A DNA stretch of 64,000 nt from Lama guanicoe. Taxonomy: Eukaryota. Below, piece by piece: positions 52,814 to 64,000 of this stretch; the stretch's first letter is position 1, and every line of letters starts with the position of its first letter. The notes beneath the pieces are model-generated. The model was not told the origin of the DNA and did no database searches. It saw nothing but the letters and a program-made list of their open reading frames with translations. The stretch lies in the NCBI GenBank assembly GCA_013239625.1, contig MU053810.1, positions 186,001 to 250,000 on the forward strand, in the 5' to 3' direction. Both the position numbers and the translations under genes were made by a program.

Positions 52814-53714
52814 TTTCCTCAAGGTTCGTGCAGGATGCTCTGGGGCCAGAGGGAAGGTTCTGGGGGAGGAGACGTCTTTGTGTGGAGGGTGATTAGGGCC
52901 ACCCAGCTGGACGTGCCGAGCACAGGGCGGGGTGGGGAGCTGTGCTCCAGGCTGAAGGGCTGGTACAGAGAGAGGCTTTAGGGAGCCTGGGCGGGATAAG
53001 GAGGGCTTTAGCCTGATGCTCTAAATGAAAAGTGTCTAGGTGCCTGAGAAGGGTAGGAAATTGGGAAGACATGAGAGAAAACCTGAGGCCAGAACACCCA
53101 CATCCTATCTGGAGGGCATGAGGAAATTGGCTTGGTTGGAGTAGAACATCTTTATCTCTTAATAAGTCATCAAATAGAACTGCAATTCAGGGGGGCATCT
53201 CAAACTAGAATGTCTAATCTGATATATTCAGAAATTTATTACTCCACAGGCACCCTTTTTACAAGCCCCAAATGTTTATCTACTAGGGAATTAGAAGCAA
53301 TGAAGTCCATGGTGATAGCTCTGTTTTTTATTTTACAAGCCCCAATTGCTGACTCTACAGCTTTACATGTATCCTTAAATCACATAAATATGTGTACAAC
53401 GTGTAAGTTAATAAATGAGTAGTTTCGAATGCTTTATAGTCTATGCATGACTACTCTTTATGTGCGTTTATGGGTCCTCAAATTTGAGTATTAGTGACCA
53501 GACGTTACTTATCAAAATTTTTACAATTGTTCTATAATGCATGGGACTTAAATCGTGCATACTTTGAAGAGCTCGTTAGAAATTTCAGAAGGATGTTCAA
53601 TTTTGTTCAAATTAGATAAAATGGGTAAGATGATGTTTAGAAAAGTACTGTAAAAATCTTTCTGTCAAACAGGATTGCTTTAAAAACATGGTTATATAAA
53701 GTCAAAACTTACAA

Positions 53715-54350
53715 GAGACAACGAAAGACATTATACACTGGCAAAAGGGTCCTATTCATCAAGAAAAATGGTACCTGTACCAAACATGTACCGAACATCA
53801 GAGCTCCAACATATACGACGCAAACGTGGGCAGGATTGAACGGAGAAACAGAGCGCTCTATAAAAATAGGAGACTTCAATACGTTACTCTCCATAATAGA
53901 TGGAACCGCCAAGCAGAACATCAGTGTGGAAACAGAGGGCCTGCGTATCACGACAGACCAATCAGCCCTAACAGACATACAGAACACACAACCCAACAAC
54001 AGCAGAATGCACATTTTGTCACATTCACATGGAATGTTCTCCAGGATATGTCAGGCCCCAAAACACAAAAAAGGAAATACATTTTAAAATACTGAAATCA
54101 TACAAAGTATCTTCTCCAAACACAATGGAAGGAAACTAGAAATCAAGGGCAGAAGGAAAATTGGAAAGCTGACAAATATGTAGAAATTAACACATTCTTA
54201 AACAGCCAGGGTCAAAGAAGAAATCACGAAAGGAGAAAACCTCTTGAGACAAATGAAAATGGAAACACAGCATACCAAAACTTACGGGATTCAGCAAAAG
54301 CAGTGCTAAGAGGAAAATTTATGGTTGTAAACGCTTTACATTAAAAAAAG
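53715..54350 (+). mobile_element. L1M ORF2 endonuclease-region fragment
   Basis: IKIGDFNTLLSIID...LTDI...SHSHGMFSRI; atacaaagtatcttctc; cagcaaaagcagtgctaagaggaaaattt. Confidence 0.88.
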
Positions 54351-54371
54351 ATCTCAAAAACATGACTGTAT

Positions 54372-55247
54372 GTTGTCACACAGTTGAACCTAGTAAAATC
54401 GATTCATGATTATATTGGATGTTGGCTTTTATCTTTTCCTTCTTAACTATCTAAGGTCTTTAAATCTCAGTAGGTTTTCCAGCGGCAGGAAAAACAAACA
54501 AACAAAATATTAAGTAATTAACCTGGAGGATAACAAAGAAGCAGCAGCTGCAGCCAGAAGTACTGAGTTTGCCTCTGCCAAGGTCTCTAGTCGTACCTCC
54601 CACCAAGATGTCCCAGCCAGACTGAAACCCCACAGGACATAACTGCATACAGAGTGACCCCCAAAGACAGATCCCAATAGTCTGAGCACCTTATAGATGG
54701 CATCCCTCACAGACTGAACCCTCCACAGACTAAATCTCTCACAAACTGGACACCCATGGACTGAATCTGCCCCCAGACCACACCCCTCAAAGAATGGGCC
54801 CTCCATAGACTGGACCCCGACATTCTAAATCCTCACAGGCTGGACCTCTTCACAGACTACACCTCTCACAAACTGGACCTCCGCAGACCGAGCCCCTCAC
54901 ATCCCACTGAGGCTCCTCAGTGTCTGTGTACCAGCTCTTCAGCGTGGAGTGCCCCACCTCACCCCCCGGTGACGCAGAGCTCCCTGCACAAAGCTCGAGG
55001 GCTGCAGTGGTGTGCATTATGAAGACTCTTCCACATAGAGAGGCACGGAGACCATCGGCCAGGCCTCGTGTGTGTCCCCAACCCCCTTCTCAGCCACCCA
55101 ATGCCGAACAGAAGCCAAAGGCCCTCTAAGCTCTCAGTTAGTGCCTGTTGTGAACAGAGATAACGTTTCGGTAATTTGTATGCGAATATATTAAGGTGTC
55201 GTAGTCAAAAACACTTTTGTCTTCATTATTATGCTTGGCTACTTACA
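54372..55247 (+). mobile_element. LTR78-like ancient LTR with internal degenerate tandem array
   Basis: taattaacctggagga...gcagcagctgca...ctgccaaggtc, repeated cagactg(a/g)accc(t)cca units, terminus ggctacttaca. Confidence 0.5.
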
Positions 55248-55789
55248 AAAGATTTTCTGTTGGGAGTAATAATTTATGTTCTAATTAAAACTGTTTCTGG
55301 GAACACACTGCATGAATTATGAATACAATATCCACGTGAAGCTAACACCGGCAACCCACAAACGGGGAGCTGTTCAAACGGCTTTGTGCACCAGAAGCTG
55401 CATATCTTTTTGTGTCTTGGGCTGCTCAGGAATCAAATTAACTTTCTTCGAAGAAAGTGTGCTTCATCATTAGTTTTCAGGCTCGGCAGGTAACTAGTCA
55501 TACATATCTTAGTGCTACCATGGGATAAAAGGAATACAGAAATGTTAGAAATATTTGTATCTCACGTGGAGTACGTACAACACAACAGAGCACAGTATTG
55601 GTAAAACATGCTCATCCCTTCCTTCATTAGTTGAAAAAAATTACTTAAAGAAACATGACCACTTCTGTGAATGGCTTGAGATTGCTTTAGTGATTTCCTG
55701 TGATATTATTTAGTAAATTTTTTTTTCTCCCTCACAAACCACTATAAAAAACACAGCACATTTTCTAGTTAGCTGTGCTTTTACTGGGA

Positions 55790-56660
55790 GATATAAATAA
55801 GTGGAGAGAACGGTCATGTATGGATTGAAAAGCTCGATTTTTTTCAGTTGTCAATTGTTCCCAAAGTGATCTACGGATTCAGTGCAATCCCAGACAAAAT
55901 TCCCACTGCATTTTTGGGGGGTAAAGGGTAAGCTAATTGTAAAATTTACAGGAAAATGCAAATAATCTAGAATATCCAAAGTAATTTTAAGAGAATAATA
56001 AAATTAAAGAACTATACTATCAGATTTCAAGACTTACGAGAAAACTACAGTAAATAAGGCAGGGTGGTATTAACAAAAGGACAGACATATAGAGTAATGG
56101 AATATTATGAGTCTAGAAATCAATCCAGCCAGTCAACAGATTTTTGACAAAGGTGCCAAAGTAATTAACTGAGAAAAGAAAAGTCTTCTCAAGAAATGGT
56201 GTTGAAACGTGGACATCCCTGTGGGGGGAAAAATGACTATCATCCTTACCTCACACCACACATAAAAATTAACTTGAAGTTGATCTTGAAAGAGACTTAA
56301 GTGGAAAAGCTAAAACTCTAAAACTTCTAGAAAAATAAATTTGCAGACTTGGGGTAGGCAAAGACTTCTCATACAGGGCACAAAAAGCACAAACCATAAG
56401 AGAAAATAAATTGGTAAGTTGAACTTTACCATCATTAAAACTTTTCCTATTCAAAAAGGAACCGTTAAGAGTTAGGTGATAGTTTCTTAGGTATGACACC
56501 AAAACCATTAAGTAAGAAAAGGAAAAATAAACTGAACTACATCAATATTGAAAACTTTGGACTGCAAATGATACCAACAAGTACATAAAAGGGCAACTCA
56601 GAGGACAGAAGAATATTTGCAAATCATATGTCTAATCAAGGACTCATAAATAAACCTTAT
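55790..56660 (+). mobile_element. Old L1M ORF2 3' fragments
   Basis: ttcagtgcaatccca, gatttcaagactta, tttttgacaaaggtgccaa, atttgcaaatcatatgtct. Confidence 0.85.
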
Positions 56661-57339
56661 TACTACCTCCCCCAACAAAATTTTTAAAAATTAAATTAAA
56701 TTAAATTAAAATTTAAAAAAAAGTAAAGTAATGAGAACCAATGAAAAAAGAATTTAACAGCTTGCAATTAGCATATCCGACATTTGTATGTGTGAGTGCC
56801 TCTCAACTGCTTAATGGTGCACAGAAAGCTTTTTTTCCTTCAGTACCTCATTCACATCCCCTCTAGATCTGGATTTTGTGATTAATTTGCCTGACAAACC
56901 TTATGGAGAGCCCCCTGAGAGTTTATTCTAGCCCACCTCCTCTCTGCATTAATACAAATTCTGAATGAGCGTGGTCCGTGTTAAGGAGGTCTTGGGGACA
57001 ACGGCACAAGAGAGAAGAACTCCAGGATAGAAAAGCTCAGTGAAGGGGTGGGGACAGCTGTGCCAATACAACCCACAAACTTTGTTCCAAAGTTCGTCCC
57101 GTTCCAGACACTTTCACACTCTCCTGCCACCTCCTCTTTACACAAGCTGCTGCTGCTGCGTATACAACCAAGTTGCTTAGATAGGTAGAATTTAAAGGTA
57201 CTTGACCTTTACCTCATAAAATTATCTGCAGAGACAAACTGATGAAATGATATCATGTCCATAAAGAAAGCAGTCTGCACGGAGGACCTATTATTTAGAG
57301 CAGGCTATTTATTTCTCACACATTTTTCCCATTCAGTAC

Positions 57340-57490
57340 TCACTCTAGTCCTCTAATGTAAATCCTATTATTACGAATTTCTTTTCTGTTAAAGAAACTG
57401 GTACTCAGAGGAGCCCAGTTATTTGCCCAAATTCACCCAGCTAGTAAGAGGCAGAGTTGAGATGTACATATTTGGGGTGCCTTCCACTGA
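57340..57490 (-). mobile_element. MIR fragment
   Basis: aagaaactggtactcagagg...ttgcccaaattcacccagctagtaag. Confidence 0.7.
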
Positions 57491-58453
57491 TTTATTTAGT
57501 GACAGTTTCATAAACAGAGAACTTAGAGCAAGTGAATACATATAGCTTCGGACTCAAGTGTTAGTACTTTTTTTTTGGCATCACCAATAAAAAAAGCATA
57601 CATTTAAATATTCTGCTGACACTTGTGAGGCTTTTGCTTGTCACCAAAATGTCATATTTTTCCTATTGAGCAGTCAATATTTGGTAGGAAGGTGATTCAC
57701 CTACTTCTTTAAGGGTAAACTCTGTATAAAACAAAATCACATGAGCTTCTAGGGAGTGTATCAAACTTGGGGACTCCTGTGCTCTCCAGGAAGAACCAGA
57801 AATGTGACCAGTCATAAAATAAACAAAATAGCAAGGAACTAGGAAAGCCTGCACTTAAGTAACTGAACGTTAACACGGAACCAGCAGCCACTGGCTGAAT
57901 CACAGCTGACAACACCATCACCAATCCGTTAAATTGCTGGTCACCACCTCGGACTATCATGTCAGAGAAAAGTCACCCATAAGCTTCCAACTTGGACACT
58001 TAAAAAAATGTTTATACAAAAATGTCATAGTCTACCAAAAGTATTTTAAAGGTAACGAAAGATTAAATAAAGGCACTGATAAACACACACTAGCATCCTA
58101 ACACGATTCCAAGTGAATGTATTGTTTAAACATGCGTAAGGAAAAGGAGAACTCATGAAAAATAAATTGTTAGCCTGACCCTCAACTCTTCTAAATACCT
58201 TGGGGAATCCAAAGTCTGAAAAGCATGAATAAAAACTGAAATTTAAGTGTATATTTTAACCTTCAACAAAAAATCTTCTTTGGCCCCTCAGCTCAACAGC
58301 ATGGTGTTCCAAAATTTATTTACTCAGGTAGCAGTGAAAATGCAGCACTCTTACACAGTTTCCATCACTTAATTATAATAAATTTAGTCCTGGGATACGC
58401 CTATGAATTACATCACTTAGAATAAAGTAGGGAGGCTAATTTCATCTCACATT

Positions 58454-58456
<3 letters not shown>

Positions 58457-58493
<37 letters not shown>
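58457..58493. repeat. (AC)n microsatellite
   Basis: Perfect run of about 18 units. Confidence 0.97.
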
Positions 58494-58494
<1 letters not shown>

Positions 58495-58899
58495 TCAAGT
58501 AACGTTTCTACCTAGATATTTAGCTTTATTATTTCTTCCAACTTCTGGTAATCTCCAGAGTTACTGGAATGCAGAAATAGTCTAATGGGGGTGATAATGT
58601 CATAGCCTGACTCCAATTATATGCCTCTCATGCCTGGCATGAATCCCATGTGTATTTATCCGCCAGCAGGAGAGTAGAAGGGAAGGGACAGAACACAAGC
58701 TACCATCTGCTGTCAGCCCCCAGCCTCCCTAGAGATGAAGACAAGGGTGGGAGTTTCTCCTGGAGACAAGAGCAGAATGTACTTCACAAGTGGGCCCACT
58801 GAAGTGTTTTCAGGAAGCAACATTTGGACCTTGCACAATAATAAGCTAAAGAGACATCCTATAAATACATTAACCCTGCAGTAATAGCATCGGATTCCA

Positions 58900-59092
58900 T
58901 TGTGAGGACTCGAGATTTTCAGTCTGGTCCAGCAGCTGCAGGCAAGATCAAGTGTTCGACCCGCTGCGTTTAGACGGACGGGTTCTCCCCGGTGACTCAC
59001 AGTGCTGACCACTCCCTGTGGTCTTAGCCGGCCCACTCCCTTAGTGTCTTTCACCAGCTGGCCCTTTAGGTATTTGAGTTTGCAACCCCCGG
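58900..59092. mobile_element. MER102-like hAT fragment
   Basis: Terminus taggtatttgagtttgcaacccc. Confidence 0.6.
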
Positions 59093-59122
59093 TCTGCACT
59101 CATCAATTAAACAAGGTACTTA

Positions 59123-59254
<132 letters not shown>

Positions 59255-59427
59255 TTAAAAGACAGATGTCATTACTGCAAAAAGTTCTGAGACAGAATCT
59301 AAACTCCTTCATGTAAGTAAGACTCCTCTCAATCTGGTCCCCAAACTTCCCCCCAGACCCATCTCTCCTGCTCTCTGTTCCTCTCCATTCCAGAGGCTCT
59401 GTATCCGACAACATAGCACTACTGGAT

Positions 59428-59467
59428 GCGCTGTCACTGCTTCACGCGCTGTCACTGCTTCACGCGC
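59428..59467. repeat. 18-bp tandem duplication (gcgctgtcactgcttcac x2 + gcgc)
   Basis: Directly visible, inside an L2-like tract. Confidence 0.92.
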
Positions 59468-59770
59468 ATCACAGCCTCCTTGCATTTATTCACGGAGGAA
59501 TGGGCCAAATCCCCGTTATCTTGCACGGCCCAGCTCAGATGGCTGAGCCCCCGAGGAGAATTTAACTGCTCCCTCTTCTGTCCTCTCACAATGGCCTAAC
59601 AGGCCATTGTTTGTAAACCTATCCCCATAACAGCCTGGATGTTCCAGGGAAGAGTTTCATTGTCATGTTCATGACCCCAGTGTAAGCGACGGAAAACCAG
59701 ACTGACCTCCTCACTGGGCAGTCATCACCACCAGCAACAAAGGGCAGTTCGGTACCCCGAGTGAACTAGA

Positions 59771-60129
59771 CTGGTGCTACCCCAAGAGCGGCTCCCAAAC
59801 AGGCAGCACCAGCATATTCTGGGAGATTGTTAGAAATGCACGTTCTCAGGCTGCGCCCCGTCATACAGACTCAGGATCCCTGGGGCTGGAGCCAGGACTC
59901 TTTTAACATGCTCCTCAGATGATCAGTCTGCACAAAGTGAAGCTGGAGAAATTCTGTATTAAACCAGTGCTTCTCAAACCTCCGTGAGCACATGGACCAC
60001 CTGGGGTTCTGGTCCCACTGCACATTTTGATTCACTGAGTCCAGGGCAGGGCCTGGGAGCCTGCATTTCTAAAAAGACCCCAGGAGTTGTCGGTGCTGCT
60101 GGTTGCAGACCACATTCTGAGCAGCAGAG
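59771..60129. mobile_element. Two MER5A copies in inverted orientation, 8-bp spacer
   Basis: Copy 1 at about 59771-59956 (gttagaaatgca), spacer tattaaac, copy 2 at about 59965-60129 (tgcatttctaa). Confidence 0.85.
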
Positions 60130-61071
60130 ACCTAAGAACAGAACAGAAGGAGAAGGAAATGGTCTAATTCTAGCCCCTTGAACTACCAATTAGGAATAGC
60201 TTCTGCTCAGAATGTAAAGCTTGGTGTTCCTTTAAAGCATTTGAGAGAAGAATCATTTCATTACTGTATGAGCTAATTAGCTCTTACCACAAGCTTTTTC
60301 TCTGAAATGACTGCTGTGCCATTTAAAAGCAAGCATTTAATGTGCAGATTCCCATGAACCCTTGAAAGCAGGGACACCATGTTACTCCCATTGTTTCCTA
60401 GCATAGAGCTGCTTGATACATGTTTGCTGAATGAATACATGATATTTAAACGTTGTTGCTACCACACAGCAAGAATCATTGTTTAGTTCAGGAAAACAGA
60501 TGTGATTTTCCTAAGTGTGAGATGTCTTCCCCTCAAAAGAAGTTTCTAAGGTGGAACAAATATTATCTTCCCTTCGAGCAGATGAAAGAAGAGAACAAAA
60601 CTAATTAACTAAGAGAGGCGACGCATTGCTTTGATTGCCTCAGCTCTTAGCAGTCAATGCAGTTATTTGCAGCAAATGAGAAGACAGATTATACCAAATT
60701 CACCTTTCACCAGATTCCAGTGCCGAGAACCTAATTATTTATTCGTTACCAGTGGTTTCTGCGGCCCCTGAGCAAGATAATATTAGCAACATATCATATG
60801 AACCAAATAGACTATGCCACCAAGGAAACCATGAGAGGCTAACTGGGGACTGCCGAGATCTTAGAGATTTATGGAATTATCACTATCGGACACCCCTGAA
60901 AGAATATGACCAAAACCAGTATATAGCACATGGAGTTTCCCCTTTATTCAAATTAAAAAATGTCACTGGAATCAGTCACCTAGGCACAAATATTTTCTTT
61001 CAGTGGAGTTAATTTGGAAGTTAATTCAGAGCTTAGAGCTATGGGAACATGAAAGGAATGGGGTTTATGTG

Positions 61072-61198
61072 CAGCATTACCAAATAAAATGCAGGGCACC
61101 CAGTTCCATTCAATTCTAGATAAACAGTGAATACTTTTAAAATATAAGTACGTCCCAAATAGCGCATCGTTGTTTATCTGAAATGCAAACGTACCTGG
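61072..61198. mobile_element. MER53 palindromic MITE, partial
   Basis: aaataaaatgcagggcacccagtt...agataaaca...ataagtacgtcccaaata...ttgtttatctgaaat. Confidence 0.75.
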
Positions 61199-62509
61199 GA
61201 GCTAGATGTGGCCACTCTGGGTACACGAATTACAGCGAGCCTCCGAACTGGGCTCAGGGGTTTGTACCTGCAGCCCCAGCTCCCCTCAGAGGTTTAGCCA
61301 AGAAGACAGTCTGAGCCCTGGAAGTGATTCAGCTATATACAAAGAATCAACTACGCACAAAGCACTTGCCAGCCAAAGCAGGAGACTAATAAATTAAGAC
61401 TAGAAATCCCTTCTTTGGATGCAGGAGATGGAGAAATTAAAGTCTATTTAACCTGCCAAGAGTTCTCACAGTGGTTGAAATGATATTGCTACTGACTGTC
61501 CCTCTTAGCTGATGAATCAATCGAGCAAACAATTGCCATTTCCTGACTTTCTTCTGCTCTGTGTCTGGGAGAACACAAGGAAAATAGAAAATAAGGTTTG
61601 GCCCTCAAAACTCTTATCACCTTGATGGAGAGACTCATGAAACAATTAGGGAAGAATGAAATGCCATCCTCTGCAAAAATGCTGTTAAATTCAGAGAAAG
61701 CCAGGCCCATATGGTTCAGAATTATGGAGAAGGCCTCAAAAAATGATGGAGGCTGAGCTGATTGGGTAATGTGTGAATAAGCACATCAGAAATTTCAAAG
61801 AAATCCTAAAATGGCCTCTTAAATGTCTCTTACGAAAAGCGGTGTAATTAACACGTAGACGTCAGAATGCGATGGAATAAAATACTCTGGCCTCCCGCCA
61901 CCCTTCTCAGGGACTGCATTCCACCCTCAGATTCCTTAACATCTACAAAAACTGAACTTCAAATGGTAATACTACTTTAGTGATCTAGGTTATCTTCACA
62001 AAATGCCGGGTGACTATCCAGCCACACATCTCCAGGAGCCCACCATGTCCCAGGCCCAGTACCAGGAATATCAAGAGCCACATCTCGGCCCTCATGGAGG
62101 TGACACGGTGGGCATCGGCTGCAGCAATGACACTTCACAGGTGGTCCTTCTTATATTTGTCAGAAATTAGCCTCGTTATAATTAGTATCGACTCCCGGGA
62201 GCCACACAGAACCAGCTTACACCCTGTTCTCACATATCCTGCAACTATTCAAGGGATATAATCTCCCTACTTAACTTACTCTTCTTATCTCCCCAGCATG
62301 GTTTATGGTCCGCTCATCATGCCGCTGTCACTCTTGTTTGTTCAGACTACAGGACTCTGAACTGAAAGTAATGATCCCAACATAAAATACAGAACTAAGA
62401 ACAGGGTACTAAAAACAGAGTAGAGCTATTAACCATCATGAGCTGAATACTATACTTTTGCAAATGAAGTCTAACAATAGGTTCATTGTTTTAGGCAGGT
62501 GCACAACCG

Positions 62510-62655
62510 TTGGCATATAGAGAATATAAGCTCCATGGAGGTAGCGGGTTTTGACTATTTGGTTCACTGCTGTCTCCTCAGTGCTAAGAAAAGTGCACAG
62601 CAGGTAGAACTTTCAATACATATTTCCTGAAAGAATGAGTGGATGGATGAGTGGA
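62510..62655 (+). mobile_element. L2 3' end
   Basis: agaatataagctccatggagg...gttcactgctgtctcc...caatacatattt. Confidence 0.75.
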
Positions 62656-62699
62656 AGAAGACAAAGTTCAGGGTCCATTAAATAATCAGATCATTTTTA

Positions 62700-63330
62700 C
62701 CTGAACTTCTACCGGACAAGACTTACTCTGGCTTGAGTTTCATGTCTTCACCTTAGCTTCATAAAATTCAGTCTTTTTGGGTTCCATGCAATGCTTCAGA
62801 TGATCAGAAATATTCTGAAGTTTGATTCTCCCATCTATTTTATTTACTGCTCCTCTCAAATTTGGGCCATCTGCATATTTTGTTGGTACACATCCATCCC
62901 ATACGTTTCCATCCAAATTCCTAGTTCGAGTCTTAAGTGGGAAAGTTATCCGCCAGAGCTCCATGGTACTCCACCAGAGAATCCCATCAAGCAAACCAAG
63001 ACACTAATCAGCTGACTTCAATGGCTGTTGAGTTGCAAACCCAGCAGAACTATAGTCTAGCCCATGGTGCATACTAAACATAAGCAGACAATGTGATTCT
63101 TTGCTGCAATGACATTCCTCAGTTTTGCACACCACATAATACTATCTGCAAGGGAAATGGGATGTTTGGGAAGATCTGTTCTTAGTAAACCCATGGGGAC
63201 TCCTAGCAACCACTACAGTCTTTACTAAATAATTATAAGCCATCTTCTTATAATCATTCCAGAACTTTGCTGGGCACTGGAGTCAAACTTTCCTATCTAC
63301 ACATCTCATATTCTACCTTTTCTGTGTTTG
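62700..63330 (-). mobile_element. CR1/L3 reverse transcriptase remnant
   Basis: TKYADGPNLRGAVNKIDGRIKLQNISDHLKHC resembles the CR1 RT motif SKFADDTKLGG.V....DR..IQ.DLD.L..W. Confidence 0.85.
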
Positions 63331-63479
63331 GAAAATTTACCAACATCTCTTATACTGTTTTCTCAAACATTTCAGCTGTGACCCTTTTGCGATAAGTGCA
63401 GTTTCCTTGGTCTGTTGGCATGTAACACATCTAAATCGAGTGAACTAATTTTGTAACTTTCTTCAGGCCCCACTTACAT

Positions 63480-63720
63480 AGCTGTTTTATATATACCATT
63501 TATTGGGTGTCAACTGTGTGTCAAGACCATACTAAGTATTTTTAAGAATTTCATTTAATACAGCAACTCTACAAAGTGGCTATCGTTCTACCCATTTTTA
63601 AAAGACAAAAACCAAGATCCCAAGAGGCTAAGTAAGTGTTCCAAGGTCATACAACGGATAACTGAAATTGCTAAGATTCTCTCAAGTGCACGTTCAAGCA
63701 ATCATGGTATAACTCCATTA
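63480..63720 (-). mobile_element. MIR
   Basis: tcatttaat...cccattttaaaagacaaaaaccaag...ccaaggtcataca. Confidence 0.75.
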
Positions 63721-64000
63721 TTAGCTGTTATAATGAGAATATTAAAGAACTCGTAGGAGTTCAGAGTTATTTGTATAAAACTATAACACTGAAAGTCAAA
63801 GTATTAAATTTCATAACTAACAATAGAATATCCACTTTTGGAGGGTGGGTAGAGATTCGTTGGCCTACCCTGCAATGTACTGGAAGCGCTCAGGGCATGT
63901 GGCTGTAAATATCCTGAAGGATGAAATCCCCCAGGTCAAAGCGAACCAGAGGCAGAGGTACTCAGAAGCAGGGGGAACAGTTAGGAGTCCAGAAACTATA

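Noticed and set aside
52027..52892. Several long overlapping ORFs (177-192 aa) on both strands
   Set aside because: Expected from stop-codon scarcity in GC-rich DNA; only the NICOL1 frames resemble a known protein.
62740..62994. Novel RT-like protein ORF
   Set aside because: A short, degenerate CR1/L3 relic with an altered catalytic motif (YADG).

Overview
Mammalian genomic DNA, most likely a camelid (Vic-1-type tRNA-Ala SINE and camelid-type L1 3' ends). The window lies inside CAMK1D on the minus strand. The only coding exon I can support is a 75-bp exon at 59124-59198 encoding (K)[24 protein letters not shown](L), equivalent to human exon 3. It is too short to appear in the ORF track. The rest is intron (about 59 kb of intron 3 and 4.8 kb of intron 2) full of L1, L2, CR1, MIR, LTR and DNA-transposon relics. 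The most notable element is an intronless, polyadenylated retrocopy of NICOL1 (C4orf48) at about 52350-52813, antisense to the host. It carries a 1-nt frameshift, yet it has kept a dense CpG island and shows a strong apparent A/T-to-G/C substitution skew. A consensus host-strand splice donor lies just beyond it. It is therefore a candidate retrocopy-derived intronic promoter, germline DMR or GC-biased gene conversion hotspot. Gene and repeat names come from recalled sequences, not database searches; repeat boundaries are approximate unless a TSD is given.
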